From positions 1,426,001 to 1,490,000 of the forward strand of contig OZ037846.1 in NCBI GenBank assembly GCA_964035575.1: a DNA stretch of 64,000 nucleotides. Reading direction: 5' to 3'. Within the stretch, counting starts at the first letter, position 1, and each line of letters opens with the position of its first letter. Positions 1-11,187 of the stretch are shown here, piece by piece. The translations under genes were made by a program, and so were the position numbers. A model generated the notes under the pieces. It saw only the letters and a program-made list of their open reading frames with translations, searched no databases and was not told the DNA's origin. This DNA comes from Rhynchopus sp. YZ270_cl-10. Its lineage: Eukaryota.

Positions 1-122
1 TCCTACGACATTCTTACCTACTTTTGGGGGGGGATGACGACAAGCTGTGTCAGATTTTTTTTCTTCTTTTTTCACCCTATTCTACCATCTATTCAGTAGA
101 ATAGTTAGTAGATGAAACCATA

Positions 123-1189
123 CAATGCAACGAGGCCGGGTACGCCTGAAAATACTCATGTCTGGAAAATATATCTGAGGCGTGCCTGAGGCGTCACTGA
201 GGCGTGCCTGAGGCGTACTCGGGATTAGTTACGTTTAAGTACGCCTCAGGCACGCCTGAGTATATATCAACGCATACTTGCGTTCCAGGCGCCTGGTGTG
301 TATTTTTTCCCCGCAAAAAGGGCCTCTGATGCATTTCCGGAGCGATCTGAAAAAATTCCGGGGTCGGACAATTTTTTTTTAGAAAAACATGCGTGACTTT
401 AAGTTTGTACCAAAAACCAGGGTGCTGATATATAAAATTATTATGCACAGGTCATCACGTTTCTAAGGCATGCCATGTATTTCCTCCGCCCCCTGAAATG
501 TGCTGAAATCAACTTTCGGTGTCCTGCTGAGAAAATTGCGGGGTCGCAAGATATTTTTCGTGGAAAAATATCATGGTTACTGCTTACAGTAAACTGCCTC
601 CAAAAAAGAGACTTCGCAGAAGATGAGTCATACCTCGGGTATGTGTAAAAAAGTCCTTTGGTCACCCCATAGTTGTACTAAAAATAGAGCTGTGGTCTGT
701 GGATCAAGGAGGCCTGTGTAAAATTCTGGGATCTCGATGGGATCTCTCTAGTGTTAGAGGGTCCAGCCTTGTGTGAGCCTCTTCCGTCTTGCATCAAGTT
801 GGGCCCCGAAGGGGCCCAGTCAAAAAGTACCCCCTAAATTTGTTTCCAATGATTCTTGAATCAATGAAATACCCGAAGGTACCACCAAAATATATATCAT
901 CAACACCAAAGCTTAGCGAACCCTTTTCATTTTTTCGACTCGCTCGGCCCAGAGGCACATTTTTCATCGTGCGACCCCGCATTTGAAAGATTTTGGTACC
1001 TCTGAATCGAAAGCCACAAAATTTGGGGGTAAATACTTTTTTGTTCATGACCAAAATGCTGGTAAGAATATAAATATACTCAGGCGTGCCTGAGGCGTAC
1101 TTAAACGTAACCAATCCCGAGTACGCCTCAGGCACGCCTGAGTATTTATTTTCAGGCCTTGGCGAGGCCGACTCGGCCTCGTTGCATTG
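123..1189. mobile_element. Non-autonomous DNA transposon (Tc1/mariner-like, TA TSD)
   Basis: Terminal inverted repeats CAATGCAACGAGGCCG / CGGCCTCGTTGCATTG flanked by TA (121-122, 1190-1191). Longer subterminal inverted blocks at ~197-270 and ~1074-1145 built of CTCAGGCGTGCCTGAG palindromes. No transposase ORF. Confidence 0.8.
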
Positions 1190-1471
1190 TATGTGAAACA
1201 ATTCTTTTTTTCTCTTTTTTTCTCTAAAACAAAAAGGCTTGTTCCCACCCACCCCTGTGTATTTTCCGGTTGTACAATTGGCTCTTTATCCCCACCTACG
1301 TCGATTTCAATACTATACCTTGCTTCACCTTCGGTGACCCTTACAGGGGGTGAAGGAAGGTTGTGGGAAAAGGATTGTAAATCCAAACACCACCCAGTTA
1401 GTCAAGAGATGGATGGACAATCAATGGCTGTCTTTGCACCACTCCCACAACAGAAACCACACAAAACACGA

Positions 1472-3406
1472 ATGGAACTCAACATCGAGGGATTTGATGG
1501 TAAGACGTACGTCGTCGATGTGGATGTGGATGACACAGCGAAGCAGCTGCGGCAGAAGGTGGCAACTGCAGCGGGGTTTGCTGAAGACGCCTTTGACATG
1601 GACTTCGGAGGGAACGGCGAAGGAGAGGACTTCAACATCACAGCGCTGAGTGCTGGCGGCACAGTCGTGTTGACGCAGACGAAGCAGCAAGAGTCCATTG
1701 CAGCTCTTCGTGCATTGGGTGAGACAGACATCACACCAGAGAGGCTTGCGAGTGTGGAAGACCCGAAGGTAGCGCAGTTGTTTCTGCAGGCAGACGTTGT
1801 ATCTGCGATTCCTCGCAAGTTCCTCGCAAGCACTAATTTACGCAGCCTTGATCTGAGTGCCCCGTTGGCTGTTACTGCGATTGATGACGACTTCTTATCC
1901 GAGTGTTTGTCATTGGAATCAATTAACTTGTCTGGGTTGCGCAACGTCACGACAATAGGCGAGTTCTTCCTGCACGGCTGCCCGTCATTGCGCACTTTTG
2001 AGCCATTCAACTTTTCAGGGTTGGGAGGTGTCACAAGCCTTGGGGACTACTTCGTTTCGCGTTGCAGGACGTTAACCTCTATCGACTTTGCAGGATTGAG
2101 CAGCGTCACAAGCGTTGGGGACGACTTCTTATCAGGTTGCCCGGCGTTAACCTCCATCAACTTTACAGGATTGGGAAGTGTCACAAGCCTTGGGGACCGC
2201 TTTTTAGCAGATTGCACGTCGTTAACCTCCATCGACTTTGCAGGACTGAGCAATGTCACAATCCTTGGGGAACGCTTCTTATTAGGTTGCACGTCGTTAA
2301 CCTCCATCGACTTTGCAGGATTGAGCAGCGTCACAAGCGTTGAGGACTGCTTCTTATTAGGTTGCATGTCGTTGACCTCCATCAACTTTACAGGATTGGG
2401 AAGTGTCACAAGCGTGGGGGACAACTTCTTAGCTTGTTGCCGAGAGTTAGCTTCCATCAACTTTGCAGGACTGAGCAATGTCACAACCGTTTGGGACGAC
2501 TTCTTATCAAATTGCACGGCGTTAACTTCCATTGACTTTGCCGGATTGAGCAGCATCACAAGCGTTGGGGACAGCTTTTTATCATATTGCACGTCGTTAA
2601 CCTCCGTCGACTTTGCTGGATTGAGCAGCCTCACAAGCCTTGGGTGCAAATTTTTATCAGCGTGCTCGGCGTTAACCTCCATCAACTTCGCTGGATTGGG
2701 AGGTGTCACAAGCCTTGGGCACGACTTCTTATCAGGTTGCACGTCGTTAACCTCCATCGACTTTGCTGGATTGGTCAATGTCACAAGCCTTGGTGGCTGC
2801 TTCTTATTACATTGCGAAGCGTTAACTTCCATCGACTTTACAGGATTGGGCAATGTTACAAGGGTTGGGCACAGCTTCGTATCACATTGCACGGCGTTAA
2901 CCTCCATCGATTTTGCAGGATTGGGAGGTGTCACAAGCCTTGGGCAACACTTCTTAGCAGATTGCGCGGCGTTAACCTCCATCGACTTTGCAGGATTGAG
3001 CAATGTCACAATCCTTGAGAAGTACTTCTTAGCAGATTGTGCGTCGTTAACCTCCATCGACTTTGCAGGGTTGGGAGGTGTCACAAGCGTTGGGGACCAC
3101 TTCTTATCAGGTTGCAGGGCGTTAACTTCCATCAACTTTGCAGGATTCAGAAGCGTCACAAGCCTTGGGAACTACTTTTTATCATATTGCAGGGCGTTAA
3201 CCACCATCGACTTTGCAGGATTGGGAGGTGTCAGAAGCCTTGGACACTACTTCTTATATGACTGCACGGCGTTAACCTCCATCGACTTTGCAGGATTGAG
3301 TGGCGTGAGACAAATTAGTCACGGCTTTATTCAAGGTTGCACTTCTTTAGAAACATACGACGAGTACATGGAGTGGTATTCGTCAAAAAGGAATCGGGAT
3401 GCATGA
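1472..3406 (+). CDS. Ubiquitin-like domain + BspA/TpLRR-type leucine-rich repeat protein, paralog 1 (644 aa, 17 LTSIDF-type 25-aa repeats)
   Basis: N-terminal Ubl pattern MELNIEGFDGKTYVVDVDVDDTAKQLRQKVA without a C-terminal GG, followed by 75-bp repeats LTSIDFAGLxxVTSxGxxFLxxCxA. ATG 1472 is conserved in all three paralogs; ATG 1409 is a possible alternative. Confidence 0.88.
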   Translation: MELNIEGFDGKTYVVDVDVDDTAKQLRQKVATAAGFAEDAFDMDFGGNGEGEDFNITALSAGGTVVLTQTKQQESIAALRALGETDITPERLASVEDPKVAQLFLQADVVSAIPRKFLASTNLRSLDLSAPLAVTAIDDDFLSECLSLESINLSGLRNVTTIGEFFLHGCPSLRTFEPFNFSGLGGVTSLGDYFVSRCRTLTSIDFAGLSSVTSVGDDFLSGCPALTSINFTGLGSVTSLGDRFLADCTSLTSIDFAGLSNVTILGERFLLGCTSLTSIDFAGLSSVTSVEDCFLLGCMSLTSINFTGLGSVTSVGDNFLACCRELASINFAGLSNVTTVWDDFLSNCTALTSIDFAGLSSITSVGDSFLSYCTSLTSVDFAGLSSLTSLGCKFLSACSALTSINFAGLGGVTSLGHDFLSGCTSLTSIDFAGLVNVTSLGGCFLLHCEALTSIDFTGLGNVTRVGHSFVSHCTALTSIDFAGLGGVTSLGQHFLADCAALTSIDFAGLSNVTILEKYFLADCASLTSIDFAGLGGVTSVGDHFLSGCRALTSINFAGFRSVTSLGNYFLSYCRALTTIDFAGLGGVRSLGHYFLYDCTALTSIDFAGLSGVRQISHGFIQGCTSLETYDEYMEWYSSKRNRDA

Positions 3407-4526
3407 GCTGCGCAGGAGTGCACAACACTGCCATGCTTTGTGGTGGTCTTTTGCACAAAGTGTTTTATGAAGAGTCGCTTCGGCAGAACCTGTCGTGAAT
3501 GGATTGTCATTGATGATCAGCGTCTTGCTCAACAGCATGAATGTTGTGCATCCAAATGAAGTTTTGTTTTTTTTTCTTTGTTTTTTTTATGATTACATGC
3601 AATGCTACAGGCATTTTGCTAACCATCGTTCCATCGTTCCCTGTTTTTGGCGTTTTTTTTTTTTTCTTTTTCATCGTTCCATCGTTCCCCCTAGGAAAAA
3701 GGTGGCATCGTTCCATCGTTCCATGGACTGTACTGTGGGGTGTGTCACAGATGCAGAGACCCTGGGCTCAAGGGCTCACCGTGGGAGACCAGAACGCGAC
3801 TGAATTGGTCAAACGCCGAAGGAAAAGGAAGCATGCAGCGTGGCGAAAGAATAAAAGTAGCGTACCGTGCGCCTGCGGCGCAGCTTGCAGCCCACCCTTC
3901 CCATGACATAGTTTGGCTGTAAAAGTGTGCAATTTTAAGCGCATTTTCTTGAAATGTTGCGTACCGTGGCTTCGCCAGAAACTTTCGTTTTATCAAAATA
4001 TGGAAGTAAAAATTACGGTAACTGTTGATAATTACCAACGACAGTGCCGGTTTATGGCAACATTTTTTTAGAAATGTTGCGTACCGTGGCTTCGCCAGGA
4101 ACTGGATGCCATGACCGCCGCTTCTTTTATAGATATACTGAGGTTATTGATAAGAGGCTGACACCCACTACGGCTTGTGGTTCACCCTCCCCACCTGCCT
4201 TTCACGATTTTGTGCATCAGAGGGGAGAAAGAGCCTCATCTTCTTGTACTGACAGGGAGTCGCGCGCGCGAAGCGCGCGCAGCGACCGCTTTTGCGGGGG
4301 GAAAGCTCGGGACCCCTTTTGCCCCATGGGTGTTCCGTATTCCGGGGGTTTTCGGGGGAAAATCGGGTCCGTATTCCACTATTTTTCTTTGGGTGGGCTT
4401 CCCCTCTGGGGGTCAAAAACAGGGTCAAAACACCCCAAAACTGGTCTCATTTGAATTTTTGGTGACCCGAGCGTTCAGCGGTGGTACCATAAAAAAAAAT
4501 TGGCGTGGCTGCATAACCGCACGGTG

Positions 4527-4635
4527 CACAGTACAGTACACAGTACACAGTACACAGTACACAGTACACAGTACACAGTACACAGTACACAGTACACAGT
4601 ACACAGTACACAGTACACAGTACACAGTACACAGT
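4527..4635. repeat. (CAGTACA)n 7-bp microsatellite
   Basis: Near-perfect tandem array, about 15 units. Confidence 0.95.
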
Positions 4636-5479
4636 GGAGGAAAGGGGGTGTCCGCCGGAGGCGAAAATTTTATTTGGGGGTTCGTCCTACAAGGAGAAAA
4701 ATGTCTTTTTTGTGTTGTTTCATTCCATCCCAGTTCACGGGCACCTCACTCAGTGAAAAAGACCGTTCTAAAGTCTCTTAGTCACCCGTCTGCTCTTTTT
4801 TTTCTTCCCTAAGGGAATCCCTGTAGAAAAAAAAGTGCACGATCCCAAAAGTGGTATTCGTATTCCGTCTTAGGAACACCCATGTTTTGCCCTCTGTTTT
4901 TTTTTTTTTTTCCATCGTTCCCCCCATTTAGGAACCCGGCCGAGTTAGCATAATGCCTGGCAATGCTAAAAGGAAATTGAACACCGTACCCCCACTCCCT
5001 GTCTTTTCTATTTGCTAATCCGGGGCGGGTTGGAGTAGAGCCACATTTCGCCGACAGGTCGAGGTGTGTGCGTTTCACCACAGCCTCTCCCTTTTGTCTT
5101 TATTGTTTTTATTGTTTTTATTGCTTTATTGTTTGCGGGGGTAGGGGAAAAACATAAAAAGGAAAAGTAGGGTGCGGTTTCAATTTTCTGAACTTTTTAT
5201 TTGAAGAGATGAGACTCTGTATTTCTTGTTCTTCCCCTGCTCCGAGACGCTTGGGCTCGTCATATAAAGTTTGCTTTGTTTTTCTTTTTGTCCGACTATG
5301 CAATACGTCTGGAAATGAATGACACGTTTCTTTGGTTGCCATGAGTGTTACCGTTCCTCTCATCCTTCCCCCCCCTCCCTTTTGTGCTCCACCTCTCCCC
5401 CCGTACTTCAGGACGCGGGTTTTCGGGGTGTTTTGCGGGACTTTTGGGTGAACAAAAACATAACAAAAAGCTCTCGTTT

Positions 5480-5620
5480 ATTTTATCGAACAGAGTTTTT
5501 TTCTCCGCCCCGTACCTAAAAACGTAAACACCACTTTGAATCAGAAAAAGTATTTTTCCTCTCCTTTTTTTTTCTTATAAACGCGCTGGTTTTGTGTATC
5601 TCGCTAATTTTTATCACAAA
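5480..5620. repeat. Dispersed repeat family member
   Basis: TTTTATCGAACAG...CTCCGCCCCGTACC...AAACGTAAACACCACTTTGAATCAGAAAAA recurs at ~6995-7130 and ~20170-20315. Confidence 0.75.
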
Positions 5621-5724
5621 GCCTTCCCTCTGCTCTGCTTTCTTTTTCAAAAAATTGTGCCTCATTGGCTAACCTGCTTGATCAGCTCTTTCCCGCTGTG
5701 CTGCGCACACTGTTTTGTTTTCCT

Positions 5725-7600
5725 GTTACATGAATACGGATGAGCTAATACTTGGTAATCCTGCTTGAGCAGAGATCTTGATGATCAAAGAGACTGAGTG
5801 CCTTAGGGGCTTGTCCTTCCAGGGGTAGAGTTTCTTGTGGTCTCTTGCATGCACTGTGTATTTTTGCTCGGATGTGTTTCGTGTCTGTTTTGCTCTCCGT
5901 CTTACTTCCCTGATACATGAATACGGATGAGTTAAACCTGGGTAGCCCTGCTTGAGCAGGTTCTGCGACGTGGCATTTCTTATGACGTTTTCTCTGATCC
6001 CTCCCTCTGGAGCATGAATGCATGCTTCTTTTAGCTCTGTCGGCACGCAGCCAATCGGCGTGTTGCTCTTTTAACGTTACTCTTGTCTTTTTCCAAAAAA
6101 TCAGAAAAATATGCATAAATGGGGTGATTTGCCAATTTTGGGGTCTTTTTTTTCTGGAAAATTCACACAAATTCACAAACATTCGCAGCAATTCACAAAA
6201 ATTCACAACACCTGCACAAAACATTCACATAAATTCACAAAAAATCACACACCCGTGTATCACGGGTGTTTTCGCCTCGTTGTGAATTTTTGTGAATTGT
6301 CTTGAAAAAAAAGACCCCAGATCACCCCAATAAACATCAAATTTAATCACCCCTGCTGCCCTGCACCTGTGTTGTCATTATTTCCCTAGTTTCGACAGCG
6401 AAACCTTTCCCCATGTATTGCACGGGAAACAATATGACAAACAGGTGCAGGGTGGTTCCGTGCATATCATAGAACCTGGCACGATGTGTGTCTCCCAAAA
6501 ACCAAAGCGTTGTGTGTGAAGTTTTGAAGGAAGGGAAAATAAAAGTTTGGAAAAATGGATGGGTGCGATCAACAAACAACGAATATACAAAGAAGGGGGT
6601 ATTTCATTTTCTGCACATCTGTGCACAGTGCGGGGACATTATTCCTCTTACACCAACCAGAATAGAGGGGTGTCCGACAATGTCACGATCTTTCCCCACC
6701 CGCATGCTGCTCAGTTGTGCACTTCTTTCGGCAGTGGTGTTTTGTGGTGTCGACGTTGCAATGCCACACACACCCGCACACATGCCCCCTCTCACCACAA
6801 AGAGGTTTTGTTTGTTCTTTATTTTTTCTGACTTTTTATTTGAGAGATGAGACTCTGTCTTTCTTATTCTTCCCCCGCTCCCCCTAGGCACGAGACGCTT
6901 CGGCTCATCTTATAAAGTTTTCATTGTTTGTCTTCACTGTATAATATTATAGAAGAGGAAAAGGTGAACAAGATAAAACAAAAATATTGATTTTCTTTTA
7001 TCGAGCAGATTTTATTCTCCGCCCCGTACCCAAAACGTAAACACCACTTTGAATCAGAAAAAATATTTTTCTTTTTCTTCTTTTTCTTCCACACGCGCTT
7101 ATTTTTGTGCTCGCTCATTTTTGTCAAAAAGCCTCCCCCCCTCCGCTCCCTGCTTTTAGTCAGTACTCAGCCGTTGTGCTGTTACATGAACATTCATGAA
7201 TTTGTACTTGGTACTCCTGCTTGGGTAGAGTTCTTGGTTGATCCCTGGTGAGACTGAGTGCCTGATGGGCTCGTCCTTCATGGGTTAGAGTTCTTTTGGT
7301 CTCTTGTGTGTATTGGGTATTTGATGCTATGTGTTTTTTCATGCTCTCTCTGTGCTGTTTTGCACCCTTTTTGCTATCTTCTTCATGAAGTAAAATGAGT
7401 CTGTACCTGTGGTAGTTCTGTTAAGATCCTGGTTGCTCTCGTGGATTGGACAGAGCACTGATGGGCTCGCCTGTCCTGGGAAGAGAGCTTGTGGTCTCTC
7501 GTAGGACAGAGTACGAGATGCTCAGGTGTTTTTTGTGTTTCTTTCTCGGTGCTATGTGCACCCTTCGCTCCCTCTTGCTGAATGTTAGTGAGTGTTTCAT
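5725..7600. repeat. Degenerate ~190-bp repeat units (~5725-5965 and ~7180-7580) interleaved with other dispersed repeats
   Basis: Recurrent CATGAA...CTTGGTA.TCCTGCTTG...GAGACTGAGTGCCT...GGGCT.GTCCTTC...GAG.TTCTT.TGGTCTCT motifs. ~5960-6060 also matches ~7685-7790, and ~6400-6545 matches ~20330-20460. Confidence 0.6.
6680..6798 (+). pseudogene. 5' fragment of the O-fucosyltransferase-like gene
   Basis: ~6607-6798 is near-identical to ~12807-13000 (MSRSFPTRMLL...HMPPLTT) and is then cut off by a dispersed repeat. Confidence 0.85.
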
Positions 7601-8059
7601 TAGTAGTGCTCTAGTGTTCTCTTAGTATAGAGTACTGGATGCTTGCTAACGTTTTCAGGTGATTTTCTTGCGATATTTCTGCCACGCTCGACGTGGCGTT
7701 TTTTTTTTTTTTTAATGATGTTTCTCTGATCCCTCCCTCTGGAGCAGCTGGATGCATGCTTCTTTTAGCTCTGTCGGCACATAGCCAATCGTTGCCCTTC
7801 TTGCTTATCTCTTGTTCTTTGTCATAAAAAAATACTGCAAAACGCATCAAATTCAAAAACCCCTGCACCTGTGTTGTCATTATTTCCCTAGTTTCGAGTG
7901 CGAAATGTTTCCCATGTTTCCCTCCATACATACATTTCCACCCCGGGACCCCCAGCGGGTGTCGGCCTTTTATGTGTCCTCAAATGGTTGTGCATAGTGT
8001 AGCCAATTTTCCACCCACCTACCCACCCACCCACCAGTAGGTAGAACGCCCATTCCGCT

Positions 8060-9931
8060 ATGAATCGGGACAGACATGCACCCAATGGTGCCCACATGGA
8101 TGAGCGTGAGATGCGCGAGTTGCAGTACCTTCGTGAGATGAGGGAGTTGCACTACCTTCGTGAGAAGCGTGAGTTGCAGTACCTTCGTGAGAAGCTTGGC
8201 ATGGATGACAGAGAACGCGACTACGCAGAGTCCCGCCGTGACCAGAGAGGACCCGGCCGGGGTGACGACAGGTTCTCCGACAGGTACGACCGACGTGGAG
8301 GACGTGACGACCGCGGCATGCGTGAGGACCGCTTCGGACGCGGCCCACGTGACGACAGAGCGGACCCTCGTGATCGCGTTGACCGTTACGACCGCTCTGG
8401 CCCTTCTCACTTCAGAGACATCCGTGATCAACCAAGCGGCTTCTCGAGGCGCGACCCTGTGTTGCCCGATTACAGAGAACGTAACCGCCGCCCGTTGAGC
8501 CAGGACCGTTTCATTAGCCCACGCGATAGTGCGTGTAGTGGTGATCCGCAGCCCGTGAGCAACGTCCGTGACTATGACGACGGACCTGACGTACCACTCG
8601 ACGGACCACATGATGCACCACAACATACACGTCCAGAATCCGGACGCGGCGACATTCGTGACAGGCTAAAAGGGTCCCGCGACCCTCGCGACATTGCCCG
8701 TGATGCTGCCGCACGCGATGCTATGCGTCACGTCAACCCACGTGACTCCGACACTATCCCAGGTGACGGATTCCGCGAAGTGCGCCCTGCAAAGGAGAAC
8801 GGCAGTAAGGAATACAGGCCACAGCGCACAGACAAGACGATGAAGCGGCCTGACGGCACCACCATCCCGACCGTGGTGCCTCCACTCAGCAGAGACGACT
8901 ACAAGCAGGAGCAGAAGACTGAGAGCGAGGTAGGACGCTTCTTCGAAGAAAACAAGGCATGTAAGTACGATCTGCCGAAGCAGCCGGGCTCCGAGGAGGG
9001 CGATGACGCTCTTGGGGCGCCACATGGGAAAGGGGAGCACAATGGACGACATCTTCGGGTCGGCCCCCCTCCAGAGCAAAAAGGGCAAGTCGAAGGACGG
9101 CAGAAAGACGGGAAAGGGGACGGAGGTGACGGAGCAGTGGAAGAAGGAGTCGAAGGAGATTGTGAAGGAGATCAACAATCTCATCGACTTCGACTAATTC
9201 TAGACCCAACCCCTCCACTCCCCCACCTCATCACCCCCACTAGACTAGATACGTGCTTAGAATCGCACACAGAACCGGGGATAGGTAGGAGCGCCTACCC
9301 TAAAAACAACGACGAACCCGTGAACCCATTGAAGGCCATCACTGACCACATGCAGTGGTTGGACGCAACAGCCCGCAGTATCCACTCTACAAGGATAGCA
9401 GTAGCGCTGGACGGGGACTGCCTATTCACTGCCATAGCTGAGCAGAGTGAGGGGTGGACAACGAACTCACTGCGACAACGGGTGGTGGACGTACTGGACG
9501 TACTGCAAAACGACGACAGTGACCACTATACTGACATCTACTCTCCTGCCGCAAACGAAGCTCCCACCTACGCGCAACACCTAGCCAAAATGAGAATGCA
9601 AGGAACGCACGGTGGAGAGCGTGAGCTACAGACTGCGGCAAGCATACTCGACAGGGCCATCTGGGTACTGGATGCCAGAGCGAAACGGTTTAGCCACGTC
9701 GGCGGACCACCTACATCGAACCCAGTGGTGCTCACGTACAGGCCCGAGCACTTCGACCGCCTCGAAGCAACCGAGGGGCTGCTGGCGCTGATTGCAACGA
9801 CGCAAGCGGAAGGCAACCACTGTGTCACGCTCGCTGTGTCTCACACACGGAAACGCACCAAGACTGAGAGAAAGCGACGCCGCGCTGCCTGGGCCAACAG
9901 TTCCAAACCTGTCCTGCCCGAACCTTTTTGA
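8060..9931 (+). CDS. Chimeric ORF: deleted duplicate of the RD-rich KH/NTase gene fused in frame to an OTU cysteine-protease domain (possibly a pseudogene)
   Basis: 8060-9027 duplicates 14840-16422 with an in-frame 645-bp deletion. 9350-9800 encodes OTU motifs: DGDCLFTAIA (Cys codon 9419-9421), LRQRVV, THGGERELQTAASILDRAIWV, and VLTYRPEHFD (His codon 9749-9751). Confidence 0.6.
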   Translation: MNRDRHAPNGAHMDEREMRELQYLREMRELHYLREKRELQYLREKLGMDDRERDYAESRRDQRGPGRGDDRFSDRYDRRGGRDDRGMREDRFGRGPRDDRADPRDRVDRYDRSGPSHFRDIRDQPSGFSRRDPVLPDYRERNRRPLSQDRFISPRDSACSGDPQPVSNVRDYDDGPDVPLDGPHDAPQHTRPESGRGDIRDRLKGSRDPRDIARDAAARDAMRHVNPRDSDTIPGDGFREVRPAKENGSKEYRPQRTDKTMKRPDGTTIPTVVPPLSRDDYKQEQKTESEVGRFFEENKACKYDLPKQPGSEEGDDALGAPHGKGEHNGRHLRVGPPPEQKGQVEGRQKDGKGDGGDGAVEEGVEGDCEGDQQSHRLRLILDPTPPLPHLITPTRLDTCLESHTEPGIGRSAYPKNNDEPVNPLKAITDHMQWLDATARSIHSTRIAVALDGDCLFTAIAEQSEGWTTNSLRQRVVDVLDVLQNDDSDHYTDIYSPAANEAPTYAQHLAKMRMQGTHGGERELQTAASILDRAIWVLDARAKRFSHVGGPPTSNPVVLTYRPEHFDRLEATEGLLALIATTQAEGNHCVTLAVSHTRKRTKTERKRRRAAWANSSKPVLPEPF

Positions 9932-11187
9932 TTTTTTGGGTGTTTTGAGCGTGTATTATTTCCCCCCCTCTAACCTTTTGAAATCTATTACGCGTGTTAA
10001 CGGAAGAAAAAACACGAACTGCGTCTACACCTTCTGTACAAAAAGGCTTTCGGCCAACCGACATTTTGTTCAGAGCTTTTACCAAGTTGGTGAGACAATT
10101 TAAAAATAAAAAACAAAAAACAAAATAGTGGAGTTCATCCTCGGTGTCTACACTACAAAAAACCAGGGGACATTAGTATGCCGATGTGCCGGTGTGGGAT
10201 TTTGAGAAGGGAAAAAAGAAAAAGGCGGATTTTTGATTTTTTCTGAATTTTATCTCCTCATACAAGGCTACAACCACATCTGTAGCGGTTTCGTATGTGC
10301 ATGTGACCCCACCATAAAGACCAATCGGTCCGATAAATCAAAATACATAGATGTTCGCAACTCATAAAAAAGTAGCGTACCTTGCGCCTGCAGCGCTGCT
10401 AAACATTACGAGCGGTAGCCCACAGCTCTACCCTACCCATGCCATAGTTTGGCTATAAAAGCGTGCAATTTTTTGTCACAATTTTTGAAATGTTGCGCAC
10501 CGTGGCTTCGCCAGAAAAGTACTGGTGTCATATATGGTCAGACAAGGGTGCAGAGGGGAAAGTGTTGTGGATGTCTCTGTCAAAAATGTGTGGGGGAAAA
10601 AAAATTGCCTCAGTGCTCCAACGACGATGCGTGAGACCCTGTGGACAAAAACGAGCTGGAACACGCCGAGCCTGCCGAGCCTACGTCCAACAACGCTATC
10701 GATCAGATGGTGCTGGATGAAGAGGACAGCCCCCCCCCTTCTTGAACGTTTCAGATGCAGGCATCCCAGTGGGTCTGGCAGCGTACGAAGAGCGTTAACA
10801 TACCTGCAGAAGAGCAGAGTGCTGCGTGTGTTGTATAGGCGGAGTTCCACAGCACACACCGTTTTTTTCTTTCGATAGCAATTACTTGTTTTTCTTCTTT
10901 TTTTCTCTTTCTTTCTACAACAAAAAGGCTTGTGTAGTAACGGAAACAAGCAACACCCACCCACCCCTGTGTATTTTCCGGTTGTACAATTGGCTCTTTA
11001 TCCCCACCTACGTCGATTTCAATACTATACCTTACTTCACCTTCGGTGACCCTTACAGGGGGTGAAGGAAGGTTGTGGGAAAAGGATTGTAAATCCAAAA
11101 CACCACCCAGTTAGTCAAGAGATGGATGGACAATCAATGGCTGTGTCTTTGCACCACTCCCACAAACAGAAAACACACAAAACACGA

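Noticed and set aside
1187..1471. N-terminal extensions in the ORF track (also 11062, 30050, 12774, 37143, 56504)
   Set aside because: They start at non-ATG codons or run through TE/intron sequence and are not conserved in frame between paralogs.
2047..3159. 370-aa minus-strand ORF and similar ones over LRR paralogs 2 and 3
   Set aside because: Antisense shadows of the 75-bp coding repeat.
2040..3340. CRISPR-like or DGR interpretation of the periodic repeats
   Set aside because: Repeats are in-frame protein-coding units without unique spacers; no cas, RT or template repeat is in the window.
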